Shown one piece after another: positions 17,967 to 27,543 of a DNA stretch of 64,000 nucleotides. The stretch is from Myxococcales bacterium (GTDB taxonomy: Bacteria > Myxococcota > UBA727 > GCA-2721815): the NCBI GenBank assembly GCA_002721815.1, contig PBLQ01000021.1, positions 65,460-129,459 on the forward strand, given 5' to 3'. Positions within the stretch are counted from its first letter, which is position 1; every line of letters starts with the position of its first letter. The translations under genes and the position numbers were made by a program. The notes under the pieces are model-generated. The model was not told the DNA's origin. It saw nothing but the letters and a program-made list of their open reading frames with translations, and did not search any database.

Positions 17967-18539
17967 TTAAGAGCCCCCTTCTTCGGCAACATCGGGTTCT
18001 CCAGAAAAAAGTCCAATGGGCTCTTCGATCCAAACCTCTTTATCTGCTTCTGACAAACCTACGATGAGGCCAGCCACAAATGGCATTTCGATGACTTGAC
18101 CCGACAGTGTTTTTACCCGGGCCAAGGGTTGGGGGCTGTGAATGTCGATGTGAATAATCTCACCAAGAAGGCCACTTTTTTCGCTGTGAACTTGTGCGCC
18201 TAAAAAATCCACCAAATAGGTTTCATCAGGAGAGAGTTGTGGGAGATCGTCTCTTTGTATCCATACTTCTTGGCCGCGAAGGCGTTCTGCTTCGTTTCGG
18301 TCGGTGATCTCTTCGAAGAGGACCCGGCCATTACCGTGTTCGGATTTAATTTTGAGAGAGATTTTACCTTGATCTTTGGCGGTGCGTAATTCGATCATCA
18401 ACCCAGGTTTCAACGATTGGGAGTCGGGATTGTGTAATCGAATTCGAACGCCGCCACGAACCCCAAACGGTTTGGCCACCGTTCCAAGACACACCCAGTT
18501 TTCGGATTCACCGGAAGAACCGTTGGATGCGCGATGCAT
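17967..18539 (-). CDS. rimM: 16S rRNA processing protein RimM
   Basis: LGTVAKPFGVRG, DRNEAERLRG, ETYLVDFLG. Canonical operon position. Confidence 0.93.
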   Translation of the reverse strand: MHRASNGSSGESENWVCLGTVAKPFGVRGGVRIRLHNPDSQSLKPGLMIELRTAKDQGKISLKIKSEHGNGRVLFEEITDRNEAERLRGQEVWIQRDDLPQLSPDETYLVDFLGAQVHSEKSGLLGEIIHIDIHSPQPLARVKTLSGQVIEMPFVAGLIVGLSEADKEVWIEEPIGLFSGEPDVAEEGGS

Positions 18540-18544
18540 GGCGC

Positions 18545-18844
18545 TTATTCCTGTGGTGCGGATTCGGGTGTTTCGGAGGCTCCTGTTGGTTCGGTGACCA
18601 CCGGGTCCATAATTTCAAGGTGAACCGCTTGCCCATTTTTACCGGCTACGGCTTGTAGCAAGGTACGCATGGCTTTGGCGGTTCGGCCTTTTTTACCGAT
18701 AACTTTGCCCAGATCATTTTTGTGGACCGATAGCTGATAGACAGTGCGTTCGTCTTCTTGGACGACGGACACCGCCACCGGCTCAGGGTGATCCACCATG
18801 GCACTGGCCAAAAAATGGACGAGATCTTTCAAAATTGAATCCAA
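18545..18844 (-). CDS. khpA: KH-domain RNA-binding protein KhpA
   Basis: DLGKVIGKKGRTAKAMRTLL. Located between rpsP and rimM. Confidence 0.92.
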   Translation of the reverse strand: MDSILKDLVHFLASAMVDHPEPVAVSVVQEDERTVYQLSVHKNDLGKVIGKKGRTAKAMRTLLQAVAGKNGQAVHLEIMDPVVTEPTGASETPESAPQE

Positions 18845-18859
18845 CCGAAAAGTGAGGGA

Positions 18860-19117
18860 TTAAGCGTCGCTGGCAGGCTGTGCTTTACGCACTTTTTTGA
18901 TCAGCGAGCGAACGGTATCGCTGGGCTGCGCGCCCACTTTGATCCAGTGATCAACACGCTCAAGCTTGAGGTTCACTTGGGTTTGTGTGGTGCGTGGATC
19001 GTAAGTGCCCACTTGCTCAATGTATCGACCATCCCGAGGGAAGCGTCGATCAGCCACAACAACACGATAAAAAGGACGTTTTTTTGCGCCACCGCGCGCG
19101 AGTCGAATAACTACCAT
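18860..19117 (-). CDS. rpsP: 30S ribosomal protein S16
   Basis: [41 protein letters not shown]. Confidence 0.98.
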   Translation of the reverse strand: MVVIRLARGGAKKRPFYRVVVADRRFPRDGRYIEQVGTYDPRTTQTQVNLKLERVDHWIKVGAQPSDTVRSLIKKVRKAQPASDA

Positions 19118-19260
19118 GGTTTTCTCCAAAAGTTCTGCTCAGTTCAAACGAAATGAGAAGTTTCAAAAAAGCATCAAGATGCTTTGTTTGCGATGCCGTC
19201 AACCCGACGGTACCCGCCTCCCTAGGAAGGCAAATGGGAAATGACCCCACGAACGGGGCC

Positions 19261-19289
19261 ATCCAATGCCAATGAACTGGGTTTGTCAA
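19261..19289 (-). promoter_or_regulatory. Putative sigma70 promoter for the rpsP operon
   Basis: Minus strand TTGACA(19289-19284)-17 nt-TTGGAT. The -10 match is weak. Confidence 0.35.
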
Positions 19290-19481
19290 TCCAGCTCGGG
19301 CGCTTTGTGGGGGGTGGCAATGGTTGGAAAAGCGCGTAAATGTTTTCACACCGGTGGGTAGGTGAAGGTTCCAAACTGGGGCTTTTTCCTGTGGCCCGCT
19401 CGGATCAGCAGCGCGCACGGATGGTCTGTAAGACACTGTTTTTAAATAGTTAGGGAATAAAAAAAGCCAATTGGACGCGTT

Positions 19482-19498
19482 GCGGCATAAAGATTGCA
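19482..19498 (+). promoter_or_regulatory. Putative sigma54 (-24/-12) promoter for the lipid kinase gene
   Basis: CGGCATAAAGATTGCA = GG-N10-GC (19484-19497), with an IHF-like TTTTAAATAGTTA about 35 nt upstream. Confidence 0.5.
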
Positions 19499-19555
19499 GC
19501 CTTTAAGGTTTGGTTTTAATGGGGCCCGCGGGGTTTCTTACAATAAGGTGGTTGA

Positions 19556-20584
19556 ATGTCAGTAGATGCGAACTTAGAGCGCAGCGCCTTTTTATTGAAC
19601 GCAAACGCAAAGAACGTCACCGATCGAATTCTCGGAGAGATGGTGGGCGTGATTCCTGCTGGTGATTTGTTTTACGCCCGCTCTATGGAAGACTCAGAGG
19701 CCTTTTTGAGGACCATCGTTAAACGTGGCTACAAGGAGATTTTCACGGGTGGGGGAGACGGCACATTGGTCACCACCATGAACATGCTCCAAAAAATCAT
19801 GGACGAAGAAGATCTGGCCTACAAACCAGCCATGGGTGTTTTGAAGCTGGGAACGGGCAACGCCATGGCCACGGCTTTGGGAGCTGGTCAACCGCTCAAT
19901 GATGTGTCTCAAGTTTTAGAGACCGAAAATAAAGACTACAAACCCATGCATTTGGTGGAGTGTGACGATGGCACTTTGACCCCCTTTGCGGGTATGGGTT
20001 ATGACGGCGAAATCCTCAACGATTACTTCGACCTTAAAAGCAATGCGGAAGGTACCGCTCTGGACGTGCTCACCAAAACTGCTGCGGGTTATGTTTTGGC
20101 TGCTTTATCGCGCACGGTACCACGGCAATTCAACCGGCAGTTGCCGAATATCAAGGTGATCACCCGTGACTGGGCCTTGCAGTTGGTGGAAGATGAGTAC
20201 GGTCAGGTTCAAGAGATTCCAATCGCACCGGGTGCGGTGCTTTATCAGGGGCCGGCCCCAGTGTGTTCGGTGGGCGCGATTCCTTACTATGGGTACGGTT
20301 TCACCATGTTCCCGTTTGCTGATCGTAAGCCCGGTTTCGTTCAGTTGAGGGTCAGCGCGGTTCCGGTTTTGGAGCTGTTGACCAACCTTTATCCCTCGAT
20401 TTGGAAGGGTTCCTTCCGCCATGAAAAGCTCTATGACTGGCTGGTGAAGGACGTAGAGGTGATCGCCGAATCGCCGCTGCCTTATCAAGTGGGTGGAGAC
20501 GCTTGGGGCGAAAAGAGCCATTTGCGCTTCAAAGCAGCCGCCGAAGCTTGGCAAATGGTGGATTTTTCCGGTTTGGCGGCCTAG
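19556..20584 (+). CDS. Diacylglycerol/lipid kinase family protein
   Basis: GGGDGT, LKLGTGN, FAGMGYDG, PYYGYG, QVGGD. Confidence 0.9.
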   Translation: MSVDANLERSAFLLNANAKNVTDRILGEMVGVIPAGDLFYARSMEDSEAFLRTIVKRGYKEIFTGGGDGTLVTTMNMLQKIMDEEDLAYKPAMGVLKLGTGNAMATALGAGQPLNDVSQVLETENKDYKPMHLVECDDGTLTPFAGMGYDGEILNDYFDLKSNAEGTALDVLTKTAAGYVLAALSRTVPRQFNRQLPNIKVITRDWALQLVEDEYGQVQEIPIAPGAVLYQGPAPVCSVGAIPYYGYGFTMFPFADRKPGFVQLRVSAVPVLELLTNLYPSIWKGSFRHEKLYDWLVKDVEVIAESPLPYQVGGDAWGEKSHLRFKAAAEAWQMVDFSGLAA

Positions 20585-20601
20585 AAGACCCCAACAACCC
20601 C

Positions 20602-20630
20602 TTGTAAACCTGTTTGGGATCGATTAGATC
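20602..20630 (+). promoter_or_regulatory. Putative sigma70 promoter for rpoZ
   Basis: TTGTAA-17 nt-TAGATC upstream of an AAGGAG RBS. Confidence 0.35.
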
Positions 20631-20662
20631 TCCCCCTCAAACTGATTTTAAGGAGCAGTCCT

Positions 20663-20926
20663 ATGGCTCGCGTTACCGTTGAAGATTGTTTAGAGCAAAT
20701 TCCCAATCGCTTTGCATTGGTTCTGTTGGCTTCCAGCCGCACCCGTCAATTGATGAAGGGCAGCCGCTCCTTGGTGGACCACCAGCGCAACAAAGAGCCC
20801 GTCATGGCCTTGCGTGAAGTGGCTGATAAAAAAGTATATTTTGACCGCCCCGTGAACGACGTGTTGGACAAAACGGTCTCACAGCTGCAAGCTGACTTCG
20901 AAGCCTTGCACGCCAGCGAGTACTAA
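20663..20926 (+). CDS. rpoZ: RNA polymerase omega subunit
   Basis: MARVTVEDCLEQIPNRFALVLLASSRTRQL...NKEPVMALREVA. Confidence 0.97.
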   Translation: MARVTVEDCLEQIPNRFALVLLASSRTRQLMKGSRSLVDHQRNKEPVMALREVADKKVYFDRPVNDVLDKTVSQLQADFEALHASEY

Positions 20927-21007
20927 ACGCCTGATTGACATCGCCGGCGAATGAAGAACCGACCGAAGGCCATTTACAGCCCACGGTCGGTTTGCCAATT
21001 GTAGCTC

Positions 21008-22930
21008 ATGAATCTCTTTGGAACACAAAAAGCAGACGTCATCGTGGTGGGTGGCGGTCATGCCGGATGCGAAGCGGCTTTAGCCAGCGCGCGTCTGGGC
21101 CTGTCTACTTTGCTGGTCACAGGCAATTTAGATCGCATTGCGGTGATGAGTTGTAACCCGGCCATTGGAGGGGTGGGCAAAGGTCATCTGGTCAAAGAGA
21201 TCGATGCACTCGGTGGAGAGATGGCCAAAGTGGCAGACGCCACCGGAATTCACTTTCGCACCCTGAACAGTTCTCGAGGACCTGCAGTGCGTGCCACCCG
21301 CTGTCAAAGCGACATGCATCGGTATCACCAGTTAATGTCGGATGTGGTCTATCGCCAACCCAACTTGCGTTTGCGCCAAGACGATGTGGTGGCACTGACC
21401 TGGGAAGACAGCACCATCACTGGCGTCATGACTGGCCAGGGTGAATGGCTGCAAGGCCAAAAAGTGATTTTAACCACCGGTACATTTTTGGGCGGCAAAC
21501 TGGTCATTGGACAAGACAAAAAGCCCGGAGGACGCGCGGGGGAGGCACCGAGCAAAGGCCTTTCCAGTTCATTACAAGAAATGGGTTTAACCTTAGAGCG
21601 ACTCAAAACAGGGACCTGTCCCCGACTCGATGCCCGAACCATTGCGATGGATTCGCTGGAAGAGCAAAAGCCTGAAGAGCCAGCCCCTCAATTTGCTTTT
21701 GAAAGTGTGACACCCAAGCTGCCACAAATCTCTTGTCGCATCACCCACACCAACTCCCAGACCCACGCCATCATCGCGCAAGCCGTGGCGGATGGCTTGG
21801 CACCTTTGTTCAATGGGACCATCGAGGGGGCTGGGCCAAGGTATTGCCCCAGCCTAGAAGACAAAGTCATTCGTTTTGCAAACAAAGAGAGCCACCAAAT
21901 CTTTTTAGAGCCTCATGGATTGGATTCTCACGAAATATACCCCATGGGCTTGTCCACCTCGCTGCCACCCAAAATTCAGTTGGACTTTTTGCGCACCATC
22001 AAGGGTCTTGAATCGGTAGAGGTCACCCGCTGGGGGTATGCAGTGGAATATGACTATGTAGACCCCACGCAGTTGTCATCAACACTTGAAACCAAGCGGA
22101 TGTCTGGTTTGTATTGTGCGGGCCAAATCAACGGAACCACAGGTTATGAAGAAGCCGCTGCACAGGGATTGTTGGCAGGGCTCAATGCGGCCAATGCGGT
22201 GTTGGGCCAAGCACCTTTGGTATTAGGCCGGCATGAAGCCTATCTCGGTGTGCTGGTGGATGATTTGGTCACCGTGGGCACCCAAGAACCCTATCGCATG
22301 TTCACCTCGCGCGCCGAACACCGGCTGGTCTTACGTGAAGACAATGTCTACCGACGTTTGAGTCCCGTGGGGCATCGCATGGGTTTGTTACCGGCCGATC
22401 GTTTTGAGGCCATGACGGATTTTGAGCAACAAGTGGATGCTGAGATGAAACGATTGGAGTCTACAGTTTGTACGCCCAATGCGCTCAGACAAGATATTTT
22501 GAGTTCGAAGAAGAGCCAACCACTCAAACCGGGCACCACGCTTTCTCAGTTGCTAAAGCGCCCTGAACTCAACGAGCACGATTTATTTGAGATTGAATCC
22601 GCCGACGACACGGTGGCCAATGCAGCCCAACCTTTGACCCCCCAAGCACAAAAGGTACGATACCGTGCTGCGGTTGAAGTGAAATACGCAGGCTATGTGG
22701 CTCGGGCACTGAAGATGATCGAAAAAGAAAAGAACCTCGAGGACGCCGTCTTGCCTCCATCCCTTTTTGAAAAGCAGCTGCCGGGAATGAGCAACGAGGT
22801 CTATGAGAAATTAGTGGCCATCCAGCCGCGAACTTTAGCCCAGGCCAGTCGCATTAGCGGAATGACCGCGGCCGCGCTTAGTTTGTTAGCGGTGGAGTTA
22901 CGTCGACAGCAAGAAGCTCAGGCCAGTTAG
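21008..22930 (+). CDS. mnmG: tRNA uridine-5-carboxymethylaminomethyl(34) synthesis enzyme MnmG
   Basis: [64 protein letters not shown]. Confidence 0.98.
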   Translation: MNLFGTQKADVIVVGGGHAGCEAALASARLGLSTLLVTGNLDRIAVMSCNPAIGGVGKGHLVKEIDALGGEMAKVADATGIHFRTLNSSRGPAVRATRCQSDMHRYHQLMSDVVYRQPNLRLRQDDVVALTWEDSTITGVMTGQGEWLQGQKVILTTGTFLGGKLVIGQDKKPGGRAGEAPSKGLSSSLQEMGLTLERLKTGTCPRLDARTIAMDSLEEQKPEEPAPQFAFESVTPKLPQISCRITHTNSQTHAIIAQAVADGLAPLFNGTIEGAGPRYCPSLEDKVIRFANKESHQIFLEPHGLDSHEIYPMGLSTSLPPKIQLDFLRTIKGLESVEVTRWGYAVEYDYVDPTQLSSTLETKRMSGLYCAGQINGTTGYEEAAAQGLLAGLNAANAVLGQAPLVLGRHEAYLGVLVDDLVTVGTQEPYRMFTSRAEHRLVLREDNVYRRLSPVGHRMGLLPADRFEAMTDFEQQVDAEMKRLESTVCTPNALRQDILSSKKSQPLKPGTTLSQLLKRPELNEHDLFEIESADDTVANAAQPLTPQAQKVRYRAAVEVKYAGYVARALKMIEKEKNLEDAVLPPSLFEKQLPGMSNEVYEKLVAIQPRTLAQASRISGMTAAALSLLAVELRRQQEAQAS

Positions 22931-22937
22931 TTCTTTC

Positions 22938-25628
22938 TTACCAATTCACTTCGTCATGACAGCTTTTGAAACGTTCGATAAGTTCGTCCACGTTTCGAGC
23001 GGTCCGCAATCTCGAAAGCACATCCGTTTCGGTCACCATGCGAGCCACGCTGGCTAGAATTTTTAAATGGGTGTTGCGATCTTCTAAAGTGCCAATCGTG
23101 GCTACGAAAACATCGACTTTTTCACCATCGCTGGCCCCATAATCGATGGGGGTAGCGGTGGTAAAGATGGCCACATAGCTTTGGTCCAAATGGGGGATAC
23201 TGGCGTGAGGAAGGGCCAGTCCTTGACCCAGCGCCGTGTTTTGGGTGCGTTCTCGTTGCCAAAGCGCGCTGTAGATGTCTTCGGTAGGCACGTTTTGGAG
23301 TAGTCGATGGAAATCTTCGGCAATGCGCTGAAACACGTGGTCTTTTTTCTCTGTACGAATATGGGCTTCGGCGCATTCCGCCACCAGGTAATCTGTGAGG
23401 TTAAAAGCCGGTCCAATGGACGAAATGCGCTCCGGTTCGAAACCTTGGTGCGTTCGGGCTTGGGGGGTGGAGAGGGTGAGGACTGAGCACTCCGCCTTTT
23501 CAATTAAGTTGGGGACGGCCACAGATTTGATTCGGTTGAGGATGCCGCGGTTATGGGCTGCACCCGCCACCAACAGATCGTAACCCCCGGTAAGGCCGGC
23601 AATGGCATCCGATGGTTTGTCACCCTCGATAACCAAGGAACTGCTTTTGCTGCGACACAAATCTTGAAGCTGTCGGAGATAACGTTCCTCTGCAGCGCGT
23701 TTGTGCTCACCGGAGTCTGGCCCCACCACTCGCACAAAAGTGAGTTCAGCGCGAAACAATTCTGCCAGATGGTCGGCGGTGGATGCCACCAGGGCATCGT
23801 GCGGCCCAGGCTTGGCGTAAACGAGAATCTTACGCACGTAACGAACCCCACTGTCTTTAAAGACGGCCAAGTTGCAAGGAAGATTATGCACCAACCAGCC
23901 CAATGGGTTTTGTAGGGCAACACCAAACTCAGATCGTCCACGCCAGGCCATGCAAATCCATTGAGTGGCATCTTGCTGGGCCAGGTTGTAAACAGCGTAG
24001 ACCTGATCGTGGGAAACCAATGGCGTGAAGTCAACGGGAAAATCTTTAACTTCGCCAGTTGCAGTGACGCGCCGTCTTAAGCTTTGAATGGTTTGGTCTT
24101 CTTCAAAGCCTGCATCAAGTGATGTCTGCTCTGGGACCTCTGTGATATGGACCACCTGGACGGGTTGGTGATTGGCCAGCGCACCGCCCATTTCAACCAG
24201 CATTTCGGGCGACCGTTCTTTGCCGAACAAGGGGACGGCCACCGGTGCGAACGCATCTAAATCGGTTTCTAGGGTGCGTGGTCCTGCGGCCATAGGGATT
24301 TGGGTGATCAAGTCCTGTCGGCGGCCCCTTTTCCCGATCACGCCAGTTCGAGTGCTAAACCGCCTTCCATACACGATATACAAAACCCCGCCAACCAGCC
24401 CGATGGCGATGGCGCCAAGTAAGCCCCAAAATCCCATGAGGGCCAATAGCAGGCCACCACTAAGCAAGCCGAAGATTTGTAAACCCGGATAGAGCGGGCT
24501 CTTGTAGGTCGGTTTGTACCATTGGATTGGCAATTCTCTCAGAACGATAACTGCAAGATTGACCATCATGAAAGCCATGATCATAAACGAGCTGGCCAGC
24601 TTGGCGATTTTTTCCACATTGAGAAACAGAATCGCGCAGCCCATGGCAAAAGTGGTGAGTATAATTGCCACCGTGGGTGTCTTGAAGCGTGCATCAACGC
24701 GACGGAAGACACTGGGCAGCAAATTGTCTCGAGACATGGCAAAAGGAAAGCGTGAAGCGGCGAGAACGCCAGCATTGGCCATGGACACCATGGTGACGAT
24801 CCCGATGAACGCGAACGCCATACCGAACCAATGGCCCTTGAGGACCACAGCAAGAGTGTAAATGGGATGTAAATCTTCTTGAAAAACAGAGGCGGGGATA
24901 AAGGAAGAGAGCACAAAAACAACCACGCCATAAATGCTCATGGCGCAAATTAATGAAAGTATGATCCCCAGAGGGATGTTACGGTTTGGGTTTTTTACTT
25001 CTTCTGCAATGGCGGCGATTTTTGTGACGCCCGCAAAAGAAACAAAAACGAAGCCAGCTGCAGCAAAGAAGCCTCCGAGTCCATGCTCAAAAAATGGTGC
25101 TGGAGATTTAATGCGCAACTCCCAATCCCAAAGACCCAACGTCATCAAGATCAGCAGGCCAAAAATACTGAAAATAACCACGAATGTTTGCGCTTGGCCC
25201 ACCTTCCGCACACCGACCAAGTTGAGAAATGTGATCAGAAGAAGAAGCAACAAGGCCATGGGCCGAATGTCCATATCGGCCATCACGCTGAGATAGGCCC
25301 CAAAGCCCATGAGTGCAAAAGCGCTTTTTAAAAGCAGGCTCATCCATAAACCCAGCCCGGCGATCGTGCCCGTGGCCGGGCCAAAGGTTCGCTCCAGGTA
25401 AACGTACGTTCCCCCCGATGTGGGCATGGCCGTGGCCAGTTCAGCTTTAGAGAGCGCGGCGGGAATGACAAAAATACCGGCCACCAGATAGGCCAAAAAT
25501 ACCGAGCTACCAGTTTTGGCAAAGGCAAGACCCGGAAGTACAAAAATACCCGAGCCCAGCATGGTACTGATGCTGATGGCTACCACCGTACCCAGGTCTA
25601 AGCGTCTTTCCAGTTGATGTGTGCCCAA
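22938..25628 (-). CDS. APC-family amino acid permease fused to USP-like domains and a C-terminal PTS EIIA (Ntr/Fru-type) domain
   Basis: MLGSGIFVLPG, ELATAMPTSGG, AEEVKNP in the N-terminal TM block. USP-like middle. ALWQRERTQNTALGQGLALPHA at the C-terminus. Confidence 0.88.
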   Translation of the reverse strand: MGTHQLERRLDLGTVVAISISTMLGSGIFVLPGLAFAKTGSSVFLAYLVAGIFVIPAALSKAELATAMPTSGGTYVYLERTFGPATGTIAGLGLWMSLLLKSAFALMGFGAYLSVMADMDIRPMALLLLLLITFLNLVGVRKVGQAQTFVVIFSIFGLLILMTLGLWDWELRIKSPAPFFEHGLGGFFAAAGFVFVSFAGVTKIAAIAEEVKNPNRNIPLGIILSLICAMSIYGVVVFVLSSFIPASVFQEDLHPIYTLAVVLKGHWFGMAFAFIGIVTMVSMANAGVLAASRFPFAMSRDNLLPSVFRRVDARFKTPTVAIILTTFAMGCAILFLNVEKIAKLASSFMIMAFMMVNLAVIVLRELPIQWYKPTYKSPLYPGLQIFGLLSGGLLLALMGFWGLLGAIAIGLVGGVLYIVYGRRFSTRTGVIGKRGRRQDLITQIPMAAGPRTLETDLDAFAPVAVPLFGKERSPEMLVEMGGALANHQPVQVVHITEVPEQTSLDAGFEEDQTIQSLRRRVTATGEVKDFPVDFTPLVSHDQVYAVYNLAQQDATQWICMAWRGRSEFGVALQNPLGWLVHNLPCNLAVFKDSGVRYVRKILVYAKPGPHDALVASTADHLAELFRAELTFVRVVGPDSGEHKRAAEERYLRQLQDLCRSKSSSLVIEGDKPSDAIAGLTGGYDLLVAGAAHNRGILNRIKSVAVPNLIEKAECSVLTLSTPQARTHQGFEPERISSIGPAFNLTDYLVAECAEAHIRTEKKDHVFQRIAEDFHRLLQNVPTEDIYSALWQRERTQNTALGQGLALPHASIPHLDQSYVAIFTTATPIDYGASDGEKVDVFVATIGTLEDRNTHLKILASVARMVTETDVLSRLRTARNVDELIERFKSCHDEVNW

Positions 25629-25812
25629 GCGTTACCCTTAAGGTCTAAATTTCAGTGGCTTATGTAGAAACTGAGTGATCAGTCATGTTTATACCTTAAG
25701 GGGGTAACATTTCTCCAATTCCAGATTCAAAAATCGGTGGATGGGCAAAATTACCGCCCCGTCCCGCTTTTATTTCCCTCTCAATGGGGCAAACTACGTG
25801 CTGGGAGTTGAA

Positions 25813-27195
25813 ATGGCACAAGTTTCCATGGATCTAAAAAGGACGGACACCATTTGCGCGCTGGCCACGCCCCTGGCCCCAGCGGCCTTGGCGGTGATCC
25901 GCGTTTCTGGTGCTAACGCACTATCCATTCGAGACCGGGTCTTTCGCAGTCACCGTGGGCAACAAAAAGATTTTATGGCCACTTTGGGGTTTGTGCTGGC
26001 GCCCCAGGGCGAAGAACCGGTGGATGAGGTGCTGTGTACCTTTTTTCCCCAGGGCAAAAGTTTTACTGGCGAACCTTCTTTTGAAATGTCGCTGCACGGC
26101 AATCCCAACTTGGCGCAGCGAACATTAGATGCTTTGGTGGCGGCCGGATGTCGTCTGGCGCGTCCCGGTGAATTTACCCTGCGGGCATTTTTGACGGGCA
26201 AGATTGATTTGTGTGCAGCAGAATCCGTACTGGACTTAATTGGTGCTGGTTCTGAAGTGGCCGCCCACGCGGCTTTGCGTGGTCTCAAAGGAGGCTTGAG
26301 TGAGCGACTGGCCCCCGTACGCCACAATTTAATTCACGTCTTGGCGCAGGTCGAGGCTCGCATGGACTTCCCTGAAGAAGATTTGGGCTCAGCGCAGGTG
26401 GACGATCTGAAACATCACTTTCAACAGATGAAAACAGATCTCGAAAACCTGATGGCTTCGGCTTCCATGGGGCAGCGTCTCATTCAAGGCGCAAGGGTGG
26501 TGTTGTTTGGTCCTCCGAATGTGGGGAAAAGCACCTTGCTCAATGCACTCACCGGCGAATCCCGAGCTTTGGTTTACGATCAACCAGGGACCACGCGTGA
26601 TGTGCTGGAGGCCAATTGGGTTTTGGATGGCATGCCCATTTTATTGGTAGACGTGGCCGGTATTCGACCTTCAGAGCAGGCAGACCCAGTGGAGCAAATG
26701 GGGATCGAAAAAGCCAAAGAAGAATTATTTAAGGCCGACCTCATACTTGGACTGGCAGAGAGTGTGTCCCCGACGTTCGGTTTTCTGAAGTCCCAGCTGG
26801 AAACATGGGGAGTTGACGAGGGGACACCACGAATTTGGTTGCGCACCAAAACGGATCTTGAATCTCCCAACCCATCCTCCAAAGAAGGCATCGGTATCTC
26901 AGCCCAACACGGAATGGGATTGGATGCCCTTCAAGAAGCCATGCGGGAGATCCTTTGTTTGGGTGACGCTCAGAGTGACGAAGTATTTCTGACGCGAAAC
27001 CGACAAAAAGAAGAGGTGCAAGCGTGCCTGCAAGCTTTGAACGAAGCAGAGCAAGCGTTGTCACAAGGGTGGGCCGACGAAGTTTTAACTTCAGAAATTA
27101 GACGTGCCGGGCAAGCGCTCGACCGTTTGCTGGGGGCCGATCTCAACGAAGATGTGTTGGATAAGATCTTTTCAGAGTTTTGTATCGGGAAGTAA
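25813..27195 (+). CDS. mnmE: tRNA modification GTPase MnmE
   Basis: DTICALAT, SFTGE, ARPGEFTLRAF, GPPNVGKS, GTTRD, C-terminal FCIGK. Confidence 0.97.
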   Translation: MAQVSMDLKRTDTICALATPLAPAALAVIRVSGANALSIRDRVFRSHRGQQKDFMATLGFVLAPQGEEPVDEVLCTFFPQGKSFTGEPSFEMSLHGNPNLAQRTLDALVAAGCRLARPGEFTLRAFLTGKIDLCAAESVLDLIGAGSEVAAHAALRGLKGGLSERLAPVRHNLIHVLAQVEARMDFPEEDLGSAQVDDLKHHFQQMKTDLENLMASASMGQRLIQGARVVLFGPPNVGKSTLLNALTGESRALVYDQPGTTRDVLEANWVLDGMPILLVDVAGIRPSEQADPVEQMGIEKAKEELFKADLILGLAESVSPTFGFLKSQLETWGVDEGTPRIWLRTKTDLESPNPSSKEGIGISAQHGMGLDALQEAMREILCLGDAQSDEVFLTRNRQKEEVQACLQALNEAEQALSQGWADEVLTSEIRRAGQALDRLLGADLNEDVLDKIFSEFCIGK

Positions 27196-27196
27196 T

Positions 27197-27538
27197 TTAG
27201 AGGCGTTTAAAAAACTCAACGGGCTTGATGAGGTTGTCATAGTCCTCGTTGGTTTTTTCTGCTTTGGGACTGGTGATGTCTGATTCATCCACGTTTTCCA
27301 GTTCGTCAATGCGAAAGACATGGTTGAGCGGAATCATGAGGTTTTTGATGTTGGCAAATTCGCTTCGCACCTCGTCTTCAGTGGGGACGATGAGGTTGCG
27401 GTTTCGTTGAAAAATGATCTGCGAAATGACGCACATGTTATAAAATTCGGGTGATGCGGAAACTTCTTTGGCGAACAAAGAATACACTTTACCCAAATGA
27501 AAAAAATGAACTTTGAAGACTTTCTTTTCTTTTGCCAT
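27197..27538 (-). CDS. DUF1820-like small protein
   Basis: FKVHFFHLGKVYSLFAKEV...PTEDEVRSEF...IPLNHVFRIDE pattern, recalled from the family. Confidence 0.7.
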   Translation of the reverse strand: MAKEKKVFKVHFFHLGKVYSLFAKEVSASPEFYNMCVISQIIFQRNRNLIVPTEDEVRSEFANIKNLMIPLNHVFRIDELENVDESDITSPKAEKTNEDYDNLIKPVEFFKRL

Positions 27539-27543
27539 GGTGT

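Noticed and set aside
19130..19555. SRP RNA, RNase P RNA or tRNA upstream of rpsP
   Set aside because: No CAGG..GGAA..AGCAG core, no GAGGAAAGTCC and no T-loop/cloverleaf seen on either strand.
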